A stretch of DNA of 32,000 bases from Synechococcus sp. A15-24 (GTDB lineage: Bacteria; Cyanobacteriota; Cyanobacteriia; PCC-6307; Cyanobiaceae): the NCBI RefSeq assembly GCF_014280195.1, contig NZ_CP047960.1:960001-992000 (forward strand), given 5' to 3'. Below the pieces are notes generated by a model. That model searched no databases. It saw nothing but the letters and a program-made list of their open reading frames with translations, and was not told the DNA's origin. This document shows, piece after piece, positions 7,879-15,993 of the stretch. Position 1 is the first letter of the stretch; every line of letters starts with the position of its first letter. Position numbers and translations under genes: made by a program.

Positions 7879-9360
7879 ATGGCGCGCTATCAGGGCTGGT
7901 TCGCCTTTGTTCTTGCCCTGGCCATTGCGGCGGGGATGTTTCTGATTCGGACTCCGCTGCAGCTTGGGCTTGATCTGCGCGGGGGTAGTCAACTCACGGT
8001 GCAGGTGCAACCGGCAGGGGACGTGAAGGTTGTTGGCGATCGCGAAATGGAGGCCGTCAAGGCGGTGCTGGATCGGCGCGTGAATGGTTTGGGGGTAGCG
8101 GAATCCACCCTTCAGACCGTCGGCACCGACCAGCTGGTGTTGCAGCTTCCCGGTGAACAGGACCCCACAGCGGCAGCACGCGTCCTTGGCGACACGGCTC
8201 TGCTGGAGTTCCGTGCCCAGCGCGAGGGAACAGAAGCTGAGTTTCGAAGCTTGCGACAGCTTCAATCCCAGGCCCGGGCCATCCTCCAGCTGCGAAAGGA
8301 CCAACGCCGTCGCGGGGAGACACCGGATGAACTCAACCTGGAAGATCTCAAGGATGTGCAGGAGTCGCTGGGGTTGAACGCTGATGGTGCCAGTGACGAC
8401 GAGTTGCTTCAGGCCCTCCTGGATCAAGCGGACGACGAACTGCTGACGCTGTTGAACCCTGCACAACTGACGGGCAAGCAATTGGTGACCGCCGGTCGTC
8501 AGCCACTGCAGAACAACCCCAACAGCTGGGAAGTGACGCTGAATTTCGATGCCGAGGGAGCGGAAGCGTTCGCCGACCTGACCCAATCGATCGCGGGTTC
8601 CGATCGACTGCTGGCCATCACGCTGGACAACAAACTGATCAGTGCGGCCAGTGTGGGGCCCCAGTTCAAGAGCGCTGGTATCTCCGGCGGCGCTGCAACC
8701 ATCAGTGGAAATTTCGACGCTGAGACGGCCCGTGAGCTGGAGGTGAAACTCCGTGGAGGCTCCCTTCCCCTTCCCGTGGAGGTGGTGGAAGTGCGCACTA
8801 TCGGACCGACACTCGGTGCTGAAAACATTCGGCGCAGCTTGATGGCTGCTTTGTCCGGTCTCGCCCTGGTGGCGGTGTTCATGGTGGTGGCTTACCGGTT
8901 GCCGGGGGCTGTGGCCGTGGCGGCTTTGAGCCTGTACGCCCTGTTCAACCTGTCGGTGTACGCCCTGATCCCCGTAACGCTCACCTTGCCTGGGATTGCT
9001 GGATTCATCCTGTCCATCGGCATGGCGGTAGATGCCAACGTGCTGATCTTTGAGCGAATTAAGGACGAGTTGCGTCGCGGCAACACCCTGATCCGCTCGA
9101 TCGACACTGGTTTCTCCGAAGCCTTCAGTTCGATCCTTGATGGTCACCTCACCACGTTGATCAGCTGCGCGGCACTCTTCTTTCTCGGCACCGGCCTGGT
9201 GAAGGGATTTGCGGCAACCCTTGGCATCGGTGTCTTGCTGAGTCTGTTCACCGCGCTCACCTGCACACGCACGCTGCTGCGCTTCCTGATGGGCTACGCC
9301 GGCCTGCGTCGACCCACGTATTTCATTGCCCAGGGCCAACGTCCCTCCACGATCCCTTGA
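7879..9360 (+). CDS. secD: Protein translocase subunit SecD
   Basis: ATG 7879 starts MARYQGWFAFVLALAIAAG. Contains LGLDLRGGSQLTV, and the C-terminal TM bundle has GIAGFILSIGMAVDANVLIFERIKDELR. Confidence 0.95.
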   Translation: MARYQGWFAFVLALAIAAGMFLIRTPLQLGLDLRGGSQLTVQVQPAGDVKVVGDREMEAVKAVLDRRVNGLGVAESTLQTVGTDQLVLQLPGEQDPTAAARVLGDTALLEFRAQREGTEAEFRSLRQLQSQARAILQLRKDQRRRGETPDELNLEDLKDVQESLGLNADGASDDELLQALLDQADDELLTLLNPAQLTGKQLVTAGRQPLQNNPNSWEVTLNFDAEGAEAFADLTQSIAGSDRLLAITLDNKLISAASVGPQFKSAGISGGAATISGNFDAETARELEVKLRGGSLPLPVEVVEVRTIGPTLGAENIRRSLMAALSGLALVAVFMVVAYRLPGAVAVAALSLYALFNLSVYALIPVTLTLPGIAGFILSIGMAVDANVLIFERIKDELRRGNTLIRSIDTGFSEAFSSILDGHLTTLISCAALFFLGTGLVKGFAATLGIGVLLSLFTALTCTRTLLRFLMGYAGLRRPTYFIAQGQRPSTIP

Positions 9361-9363
9361 TCG

Positions 9364-10344
9364 ATGGCCATGTCCACGCCTAACACCACTGTGGTTCTGC
9401 GCCTGCCGTTGAGCGCCTCCCGAGGTCGGGTCTGGTTGGTCTCGGGGCTGACGATGCTGGTGGCCTTGGGCGGGCTGATCAGCTGCTGGCTGAATCCAGA
9501 CATTGCTGCACCGCTGCGTCCGGGGCTTGATTTCACCGGGGGAACGCAGATCCAGTTGGAGCGCGACTGCGGCGAGAGCTGCAGGGATCTGAAGTCCATT
9601 GCAGTCTCCAGCATCGTTCAGTCGTTGTCGCTGCCGGTCGAGGAGGACGACCCCGTCCCCAATCTCCGTTCGGCACGGGTGCAATTGCTCGACGGAGGCC
9701 AGTCGCTAGTGCAGCGTGTGCCCACGCTGACGGCTGCTCAGGGTCAGGCCCTGATTGCTGCTGTTGAACCGATTGCCGGCCCCTTCGTGGCCGGTGGACA
9801 GTCCGTCGACACAATCGGTCCGAGTTTGGGGCGTCAATTGCTGCGCAGCACGCTGATCTCCCTTGTGGTGGCGTTCAGCGGAATCGCCCTCTACATCTCT
9901 TTCCGCTACGACGGCCGCTATGCCTTCCTGGCGCTGGTGGCTCTTGCCCACGATGTCCTCATTGTTTCTGGCGTCTTCGCCTGGCTGGGGCTGTTGATGC
10001 AGCTGGAGGTCGACAGCCTTTTTGCAGTGGCTCTCCTCACCATTGCCGGTTATTCCGTGAACGACACGGTGGTCGTGTTTGATCGGATTCGGGAGCGGGC
10101 CCGTGATGGTGCAGGCCTTGGGCTGTCCGAGCAGGTGGATCAGGCGGTGTCGGCAACCCTCACCCGCACCCTGTACACCAGCGGGACAACATTGCTGCCA
10201 CTTCTCGCGCTGATCTTCTTCGGTGGCGCCACTTTGTACTGGTTTGCCATCGCTCTGGCCTTGGGGGTGGTGGTGGGCAGCTGGTCCAGCATTGCGCTGG
10301 CTCCTTCGTTGCTCACGCTGTGGGAGCCCCGTGCCGAAGTCTGA
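9364..10344 (+). CDS. secF: Protein translocase subunit SecF
   Basis: Contains LDFTGGTQIQL and IAGYSVNDTVVVFDRIRE. Starts 3 nt after the secD stop. Confidence 0.95.
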   Translation: MAMSTPNTTVVLRLPLSASRGRVWLVSGLTMLVALGGLISCWLNPDIAAPLRPGLDFTGGTQIQLERDCGESCRDLKSIAVSSIVQSLSLPVEEDDPVPNLRSARVQLLDGGQSLVQRVPTLTAAQGQALIAAVEPIAGPFVAGGQSVDTIGPSLGRQLLRSTLISLVVAFSGIALYISFRYDGRYAFLALVALAHDVLIVSGVFAWLGLLMQLEVDSLFAVALLTIAGYSVNDTVVVFDRIRERARDGAGLGLSEQVDQAVSATLTRTLYTSGTTLLPLLALIFFGGATLYWFAIALALGVVVGSWSSIALAPSLLTLWEPRAEV

Positions 10345-10549
10345 ACGTCACCTACCGCAGGTCGTTCGGCGATCAGCGCGTTGGTGGCCTTTGTTGCTTG
10401 TGTTGCTGGCGTTGGCAGATCTAAAAACCGATATCCTGCTGCTGCTGGACCACTTCACCCTCACCAGTCTGCTGTTTGCCGTTCGTCATCACGTCCTGGC
10501 AGTCGCTGTGCTGATGGGATCACCGTCGCTCTGGCGTCGTTATGCCTGA
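10331..10549 (+). CDS. Possible small membrane protein downstream of secF
   Basis: In-frame GTG at 10331 within track ORF 10223..10549. Reads VPKSERHLPQVVRRSARWWPLLLVLLALADLKTDILLLLDHFTLTSLLFAV... The start and its reality as a gene are uncertain. Confidence 0.35.
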   Translation: MPKSERHLPQVVRRSARWWPLLLVLLALADLKTDILLLLDHFTLTSLLFAVRHHVLAVAVLMGSPSLWRRYA

Positions 10550-10764
10550 GCGGTCCTCACGCCGAATTCACTCCAGATTGACGACCAGATGCGTCGTTTG
10601 ACGTCATCATTCCAATGGCCGTCGGACGCATTGGATGCCCACCAGGATTCGAACAGCTCTTCCGCTTCCTCGTAGAGAAGGTCTGGGTCAAGGTTTTCGC
10701 GAACAAGTTGCAGCACAGCCTGTCTCAGCTCCTCGTAGCGGCTGAAGTTGAAGATCACATCCAA
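10540..10764 (-). CDS. Hypothetical acidic 74-aa protein
   Basis: Protein-like (RYEELRQAVLQLVRENLDPDLLYEEAEELFESWWASNASDGHWNDD...). It has only a TTG or GTG start and no ATG. The opposite-strand frame is less protein-like. Confidence 0.4.
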   Translation of the reverse strand: MDVIFNFSRYEELRQAVLQLVRENLDPDLLYEEAEELFESWWASNASDGHWNDDVKRRIWSSIWSEFGVRTAQA

Positions 10765-10875
10765 GGCAGGCTGTCCAGGCAGACAAGCTCCACCGTATGG
10801 GACCGCGGCTCGGCAGAACTCGGCAACAGATCCCGACCAATTCGGTTAGCGTCTCAGTACTGTCTTATCTGGCTC

Positions 10876-11136
10876 ATGCTGCAAGCTCTGATGTCGCTGG
10901 TTCTTGCAGCCGTCATGTGGGTTCAGGTCCCTCAGTGGGAGAGCGATTGGTCGCAATGTTCCGTCGATGTGCCCGACGTTGATTGTCATTGGTACGTTGT
11001 TGCGCCCGACAACACCTTTGGTGAGGGTTTCAGTTGGTCAAATGCACCTTGGTTCAGTGCTGAGGGGCTGTTGGATATCGGCAACCTTAAAAACACCATG
11101 GGCAACATTCACGAAGAGGCTGCGGCGCACGTTTGA
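10876..11136 (+). CDS. Hypothetical small secreted or membrane-anchored protein (86 aa)
   Basis: ATG 10876 gives MLQALMSLVLAAVMWVQVP, then a Trp/Cys-containing domain (WESDWSQCSVDVPDVDCHWYVVAPDN...). No homology recognised. Confidence 0.4.
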   Translation: MLQALMSLVLAAVMWVQVPQWESDWSQCSVDVPDVDCHWYVVAPDNTFGEGFSWSNAPWFSAEGLLDIGNLKNTMGNIHEEAAAHV

Positions 11137-11424
11137 TCTCCACAGCTTTGATGATGTTGGGTTTTGGTACAAGCAATCAATCAAGCAAATAAGTCCTGTA
11201 GCTCATATCGACGTGCACGACGGCATTGTTCTGAATCCAATGGGGATTCATCCTTTTTGGTGACCGTCAAGGAACAAGCCAGCGCACGAAACGGCCGATG
11301 AACACCATCGTCAATCATGGTGCCAATCGAACAGCCATTCGAGAGATGAACAGTCATGGATGAATCAGTCATTGCTGATGGTCTACGCAAGCCCCAACCA
11401 GACCTGTGGGACGGTTCTCCGAAC

Positions 11425-11580
11425 TCAACTCGTGAGATGGCTGAGCACTGCGCCGAGCCGCATCCCCGACTTCTGGTAACCGGCGATGGCAAGTGCCACG
11501 ACCGAAAAATTCAGTACCAGGAAGGCTGTGACCAGCTTGATGTCGTCTTTCATGGCAATAATTTGGTCGATTGTCGGCAT
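11425..11580 (-). CDS. Candidate 51-aa single-TM peptide
   Basis: Reads MPTIDQIIAMKDDIKLVTAFLVLNFSVVALAIAGYQKSGMRLGAVLSHLTS, within track ORF 11425..11676. Weak call. Confidence 0.25.
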   Translation of the reverse strand: MPTIDQIIAMKDDIKLVTAFLVLNFSVVALAIAGYQKSGMRLGAVLSHLTS

Positions 11581-11710
11581 GTTCGTGGCCGAAGTGTTCG
11601 ATCGGCGACTCGCAGGTAAGGTCAGCAGCAGATCGTTGTGGGCCGCTTGGATGGCCATAGGAATCACGGCAAGCACATCAGGTCGTTAAAGTTTTGTAAC
11701 TACCTAATTA

Positions 11711-11956
11711 ATGTTTGTGCTTGGAGTCCTTTTCCCGTTGATTTACGCGGCACTGTTCATCGGATTGTTGCTCCAGGCTTTTCGCATTATGAGAGTGTCG
11801 TCTAACGTTTCGAAGTCGTTCAAATCAGACCGAACAGGCCTACGCACGGTGCATCCTGAATTGTTGGATGACAACGGCAATGTCACCGATGAGGAGCTTT
11901 GGTCGGTTCGCTTTCAGGACGTGAAGCAGGAAGACTGGGCTCCTGATGCAGGCTGA
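11711..11956 (+). CDS. Small membrane protein, DUF2973-like
   Basis: ATG ORF preceded by an AT-rich leader. Has an N-terminal TM (MFVLGVLFPLIYAALFIGLLLQAF), then ...VHPELLDDNGNVTDEELWSV. This resembles the cyanobacterial DUF2973 pattern as I remember it. Confidence 0.55.
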   Translation: MFVLGVLFPLIYAALFIGLLLQAFRIMRVSSNVSKSFKSDRTGLRTVHPELLDDNGNVTDEELWSVRFQDVKQEDWAPDAG

Positions 11957-12149
11957 GACAGGGAAAATGCTTCAATGTCGTTGAGGCTTCTGCCGCTGAC
12001 CGCGGAGCCGAGGGAGACATCGGTCGCGCCGACGCTTCCCGAGCGATTCGACTCCGCATCTCAAGCCTGACGGACGATTCTGGCGCAAGCTGCAAACTAC
12101 GGATTCTTTCTTGTTAGTGGAAGACGACATGAAGGCGCAAAAACAGTCC

Positions 12150-12437
12150 CTACGGAGTCTTTAAAAGCAGTAAAGACTGGTTTCTGCCAGCTCCCGAGTC
12201 GCTCTCTCGGTGCTGCTGCGACGACCACCCGGTTGCAGGACGGTGCGTTGCAGGCCCTCTTTTTAGGTTGATGCCCCAGGCCGCGTACGCGATATTCCAG
12301 GGTTTTTTGGGATCAAGGATTTCTTCCATAACGTCTCCTAAACCTGTGTTCAGGACAACAGACGTCTTGGCGAGTGACATCCCAAAGCCAACGTCGTCGT
12401 CGGCCGTGACCACGACCAGCGGTCCATCGTCTGGCAT
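12150..12437 (-). CDS. Hypothetical ORF; only the N-terminal ~60 codons look coding
   Basis: Starts MPDDGPLVVVTADDDVGFGMSLAKTSVVLNTGLGDVMEEILDPKKPWNIAYAAWGINLK, then a low-complexity tail. An 8-bp hairpin lies inside its last codons. Possibly a decayed gene. Confidence 0.3.
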   Translation of the reverse strand: MPDDGPLVVVTADDDVGFGMSLAKTSVVLNTGLGDVMEEILDPKKPWNIAYAAWGINLKRGPATHRPATGWSSQQHRESDSGAGRNQSLLLLKTP

Positions 12438-12872
12438 CGCGTAGCAGTCAGACTCAGAAAATTTGTGCTGTCTTTTTACCTATTAAGGCTTTTGGGCTGC
12501 GCCTTATAGGGACGGCTTAGCGCAGGAAGCCACTAGCCCCCTCCATTGCTGACGGGGCAGTGCCGCACGACCCATCACTGCTGCATCTCCTCGCAGTGCT
12601 ATCAGTCGATCTTGCAGGGGCTGAAGGAGCTACTCAGTCAAAACTGGTCTGACGCTGAATCGTGAAGGCGATACGACATCACCCACACAGCACTGCAGAG
12701 AAAGGACCCATATTTGTGACGCAGACGTGACAGATCCGATCCATGCCCGCTACTAACCCATTGGAAAAACCATTTCAATCCTGATCGTCGACGGCGTGGG
12801 CGATTGCTGGCAGAAATACGTTGCTGCTGTTCTGAGGCGCATCCCAAAGAAGCATGCGCTTGTTGATCCACC

Positions 12873-13109
12873 TCAGATGTAAACCTTTCGTCCGCTGCCG
12901 TTGATGCGGTAACGACCGCCTTTGGGACCAATGTGAATGGAGTTATCCACTCCAGTATTTCTAGGGAGATGGATGGGTTTCTTGATTCTCGCAGCTTCGA
13001 TCTCCTGTGGGCAGATCACAGCCTTGGCTCGAACGCTGTTGAGTTGGGCTGCGAGCTTTTCCAGAAGCGTGGTCATTGACCTGATCAATGAGTCGGATGT
13101 GTTCATCAT
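12873..13109 (-). CDS. Hypothetical 78-aa protein with C-terminal GPKGGRYRINGSGRKVY basic motif
   Basis: ATG ORF. The C-terminus resembles the G-P-(R/K)-G-G-x-Y-x-I-x(3)-G-x-K-x-Y motif of the small basic adaptor domain seen in viral and phage-associated proteins (recalled, not searched). Confidence 0.45.
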   Translation of the reverse strand: MMNTSDSLIRSMTTLLEKLAAQLNSVRAKAVICPQEIEAARIKKPIHLPRNTGVDNSIHIGPKGGRYRINGSGRKVYI

Positions 13110-13191
13110 CCAGAGACGTCAATCAGTGTTGATGCCTAGGAGTGCTCCCAGGTCTGTCGCGCATTCCGAAGCAGCTGGTGCTTGCTGCTGA

Positions 13192-13371
13192 TCAGGATTG
13201 ATCGAACAACCGTTGAAGAGCGTTCCGCTTGCCTTGAAGCGTGTTGGCTCGCATCGGTTTGCCAATCGGCTTGGGCTGTCTAGGGCGGTTGAGGAAAACC
13301 TTGCTGAGCCACCAAACCTGCAGACCGAGAAACAGCAGGGCAACGAGACCCAACTCCAACGCTCCTTGCAT
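13192..13371 (-). CDS. Candidate 59-aa TM micro-protein (micro-ORF B)
   Basis: Reads MQGALELGLVALLFLGLQVWWLSKVFLNRPRQPKPIGKPMRANTLQGKRNALQRLFDQS. Its ATG overlaps the stop of micro-ORF A (TAATG). Confidence 0.35.
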   Translation of the reverse strand: MQGALELGLVALLFLGLQVWWLSKVFLNRPRQPKPIGKPMRANTLQGKRNALQRLFDQS

Positions 13372-13499
13372 TAGTAGTGCTTCCGACGATTCTCGATGGC
13401 GTCGCGCTTGAAGCACTCCAACTCTTCTGGCGTATGCAGTGGCATCTTTCGCGTCTTCCCGAAGAGTCGTTGAAGGAGCAGCAGAAAGCCTTTCTTCAT
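13371..13499 (-). CDS. Candidate 42-aa basic micro-protein (micro-ORF A)
   Basis: Hand-found. Reads MKKGFLLLLQRLFGKTRKMPLHTPEELECFKRDAIENRRKHY. The ATG lies 5 nt after the stop of the AI-2E permease gene. Confidence 0.35.
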   Translation of the reverse strand: MKKGFLLLLQRLFGKTRKMPLHTPEELECFKRDAIENRRKHY

Positions 13500-13504
13500 T
13501 GCAG

Positions 13505-14515
13505 TCAGGCGCGGGATGACCAACGATCCATCACCTGCTGCACCACCACCCGCTGCATCAAGACCTGCAGCACGACAACGAGAGGAAGAGCCAGCAGGAC
13601 TCCTGGCAGTCCCAGCAGGGCACCGAGGCTCAGCTGCGCCATCAGGGCCACCGTCGGCAGAAGATTCATCGTTTTCCGCAGCAGCAGTGGCGTGAGCAGA
13701 AAGGCCTCAAGGTTCTGCAAGATCAACCGATACACCAGCACAGACACCACAAGCTGTGGTGATTGCAGAAGGGCCAGGCCCGTGGGCAGCAAGGTCGCTG
13801 CCGTCGGTCCGATCGTGGGAACAAAGGTCAGAAGTCCGCACACCAGAGCGCTGAGAAGCGCCAAGGGCGCCTTGAGCAAAAGCAACCCTCCCCAGGTGAG
13901 CAGAAACACCGTTGTGGCGGACAGGGTCATTCCGGTGAGCCAACCGCCAAGTGCCTGGCGGCTTTCATTCAGAAGCAGTGCCATCTGCTCCCGTGCCGGA
14001 CGTGGGGTGATGGCCACCACCATGCCGCGATGGGAGGAGGGATCCAGGGCCAGCAGGATGGCCAGCAGGACCATCAACAGCACCTGGATCAGCGAGTTCG
14101 CTGCTCCTCCCGCCACTCCCAGCAACTGACGCCCCACCGATTGCAGATTTTCAGGACTCACACCAGGACCGAAGGCCTGATTCAGCGCGGCGAATCGGGG
14201 ATCGTCCCCCAGCCATCCAGACAGCTTGTTGACCAGCTCCGGCAGATCCTTCCCCAGTTGTTGGGTCTGGGTGATCAGTTCCGGCAGCAGCAGCTGGCCA
14301 ATGATCAGACCTGCCAGCAGCAGACCCGCCAGTACGACGAGCAAGGCCTGGGGCCGGGCCAGACGGCTGCGGTCCTGGAGCTGATGGATCAGCACATCCA
14401 GGGCAACGGCCACAACCACGGCTCCGAACAGCACCAGCAACACCCAGCGCAGCTGCCAGATCAGCAGGGCCAGAACAACAAAGGTCAGGCTCAGCAGAGC
14501 TGATTGCGCGGTCAT
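13505..14515 (-). CDS. AI-2E family transporter (PerM / UPF0118 permease), copy 2
   Basis: Polytopic membrane protein. The C-terminal family motif is ...LLTFVPTIGPTAATLLPTGLALL...VLVYRLILQNLEAFLLTPLLL...LSLGALLGLPGVLLALPL. The ATG overlaps the upstream stop (ATGA). Confidence 0.9.
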   Translation of the reverse strand: MTAQSALLSLTFVVLALLIWQLRWVLLVLFGAVVVAVALDVLIHQLQDRSRLARPQALLVVLAGLLLAGLIIGQLLLPELITQTQQLGKDLPELVNKLSGWLGDDPRFAALNQAFGPGVSPENLQSVGRQLLGVAGGAANSLIQVLLMVLLAILLALDPSSHRGMVVAITPRPAREQMALLLNESRQALGGWLTGMTLSATTVFLLTWGGLLLLKAPLALLSALVCGLLTFVPTIGPTAATLLPTGLALLQSPQLVVSVLVYRLILQNLEAFLLTPLLLRKTMNLLPTVALMAQLSLGALLGLPGVLLALPLVVVLQVLMQRVVVQQVMDRWSSRA

Positions 14516-15588
14516 GGGCGCATCCTCACGGTTGTCCAGCGGTTGAGGACATCGTTGATTAACACCTCTCCAATCAACACCTGCAGCACCACGGCAAGGG
14601 GCAGGGCCATCAACAAGCCGAGGGGGCCAAATACCACCGTGAACAACACTTGGGCAGCCAGGGTGAGGCCCGGCAAAAGCTTCACCTGATGGTGCATCAC
14701 CGACGGGGTGATCACATAGCTCTCCAGGTTCTGGATCACCACATAAGCCCCAAGGACCGCGGCCGCTTTCCAGGGGGCGTCCAGCAGAGCCACCGCCATG
14801 GGAAACACTGTGCTCATGGTGGGGCCGACATTGGGAATCACGTTCAGCACACCGGCCAGCAAGGCATTGGCCAGGACAAGCTTGACCCCGAGAAGCCAGA
14901 GTGCGATCCCGCAGAGCAAAAACACAGCAAGGGAGCTGATGCCCACACCCACCATCCAGCTGTTGAGCGCTTCTCCGCAGAGCGTGAGGATCTGGTTGGC
15001 CCGGCGGCGATAGAACGAGGGCACGAGCAAAATTCCCACCTGCCGATAGGGCTGCGGTTGAACGGCCACCATCAGTGCGGCTGCAACCACGAACAGAAGA
15101 CTCAAGCCCGCGCTTCCCAAATTTCCGGCCAGTCCGAGCAGTCCGATCAGGCCGCTGCCCACCCCCGAGGCCAGCGTTGAAGTGTCGGGCAGGATCGGTT
15201 GGTTCTGCAGCCCCAGCTGTTCGAGGTCTGGCATGGCATCGACGCCGTACAGCGCATCGCTGACTTGATCAAGACCACTCAGACCGAGCTGCAGCAGTGC
15301 TCGGGCCGCTTGGGGGAGCTTTTGAAGCAGCAGGGCGAACTCATCAATGAACGGTGGCACCAACACCGCCATCAGCACAGTGAAAAGGAGTCCAAGTCCG
15401 CTCAGGCTGGCCAGCAGCGCCACGGGCCGACGTATGGGGAAGCGCCGTTGCAGTGCATCCACCAGGCTGCAAAGGGCAAGCGCCAGCACGATGGCGGCAA
15501 ACAACAGCAGCAACCATTGACGCAGGTTCCACAGGATGAGACTTGCAGCAATCAGTGCTGCAAGGGACAGTGCCTGGGGAAAGCTCAA
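14512..15588 (-). CDS. AI-2E family transporter (PerM / UPF0118 permease), copy 1
   Basis: Same family ([22 protein letters not shown]...[16 protein letters not shown]...[15 protein letters not shown]). The only available start is TTG 15588, which overlaps the psb28 stop. Confidence 0.9.
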   Translation of the reverse strand: MSFPQALSLAALIAASLILWNLRQWLLLLFAAIVLALALCSLVDALQRRFPIRRPVALLASLSGLGLLFTVLMAVLVPPFIDEFALLLQKLPQAARALLQLGLSGLDQVSDALYGVDAMPDLEQLGLQNQPILPDTSTLASGVGSGLIGLLGLAGNLGSAGLSLLFVVAAALMVAVQPQPYRQVGILLVPSFYRRRANQILTLCGEALNSWMVGVGISSLAVFLLCGIALWLLGVKLVLANALLAGVLNVIPNVGPTMSTVFPMAVALLDAPWKAAAVLGAYVVIQNLESYVITPSVMHHQVKLLPGLTLAAQVLFTVVFGPLGLLMALPLAVVLQVLIGEVLINDVLNRWTTVRMRP

Positions 15589-15968
15589 GCCTCAGCGTTT
15601 GCGTCTCCGTCAGTTTGATCGGAATTCTGATTTTGGGAATAGCCCAGACCGTTGGCTTCGGCGTAGCGCTGGGCGAAGCGCATAAACCGCTCGAAGTCCT
15701 GTACGGATTTCCATGAGTAAACGGCTTCAAGGGCACTTGCTGTGCCGTTTACGAATTTGCCGTTGATTTCTCTGGTGACCATCTCCCCTTCTTCATCCAC
15801 CATCCACATTCCGGTGATGTCGCCCATCGTTTCAGGAGCAATCGCCGCGGGCTGTTCGAAGCGAAAGGTTGCTTGACCGGTGACCCCATCACGGCTGCGG
15901 GTCAGACGGATATCGGGGACGACGGGCTCGTCGATGCCGCGGAAAAACTGAATCGACGCCTTAGCCAT
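15585..15968 (-). CDS. psb28: Photosystem II assembly/reaction-centre protein Psb28
   Basis: Reads [40 protein letters not shown]...[21 protein letters not shown]...LEAVY. This is canonical Psb28. Confidence 0.95.
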   Translation of the reverse strand: MAKASIQFFRGIDEPVVPDIRLTRSRDGVTGQATFRFEQPAAIAPETMGDITGMWMVDEEGEMVTREINGKFVNGTASALEAVYSWKSVQDFERFMRFAQRYAEANGLGYSQNQNSDQTDGDANAEA

Positions 15969-15993
15969 GGCCGTCCTTTCGGGAAGCGGGATC

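Noticed and set aside
7816-9684. 622-aa minus-strand ORF, the longest in the track
   Set aside because: It lies exactly antisense to the unmistakable secD and secF genes. Its composition is R/Q/G/H-rich with no motifs. This is a typical shadow frame in about 60% GC DNA.
10645-10654. GGATTCGAAC (reverse complement GTTCGAATCC), which resembles a tRNA T-loop at the islet border
   Set aside because: The flanking bases cannot form a T-stem (AGCTG versus CCTGG), and no acceptor or anticodon arms are present. It falls inside a coding-looking frame (ELFESWW).
12638-12931. 97-aa minus-strand ORF in the islet
   Set aside because: Its composition is implausible (RRRRSGLKWFF..., Ser/Ala/Gln runs). It overlaps the better-supported 12873..13109 gene and has no ATG context. 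I treated this stretch as non-coding.
13377-15618. Several plus-strand ORFs of 139-250 aa (13377..14129, 13763..14503, 14650..15180, 15199..15618)
   Set aside because: All are antisense to the two AI-2E permease genes. Their sequences are low-complexity and Q/R/H/G-rich.
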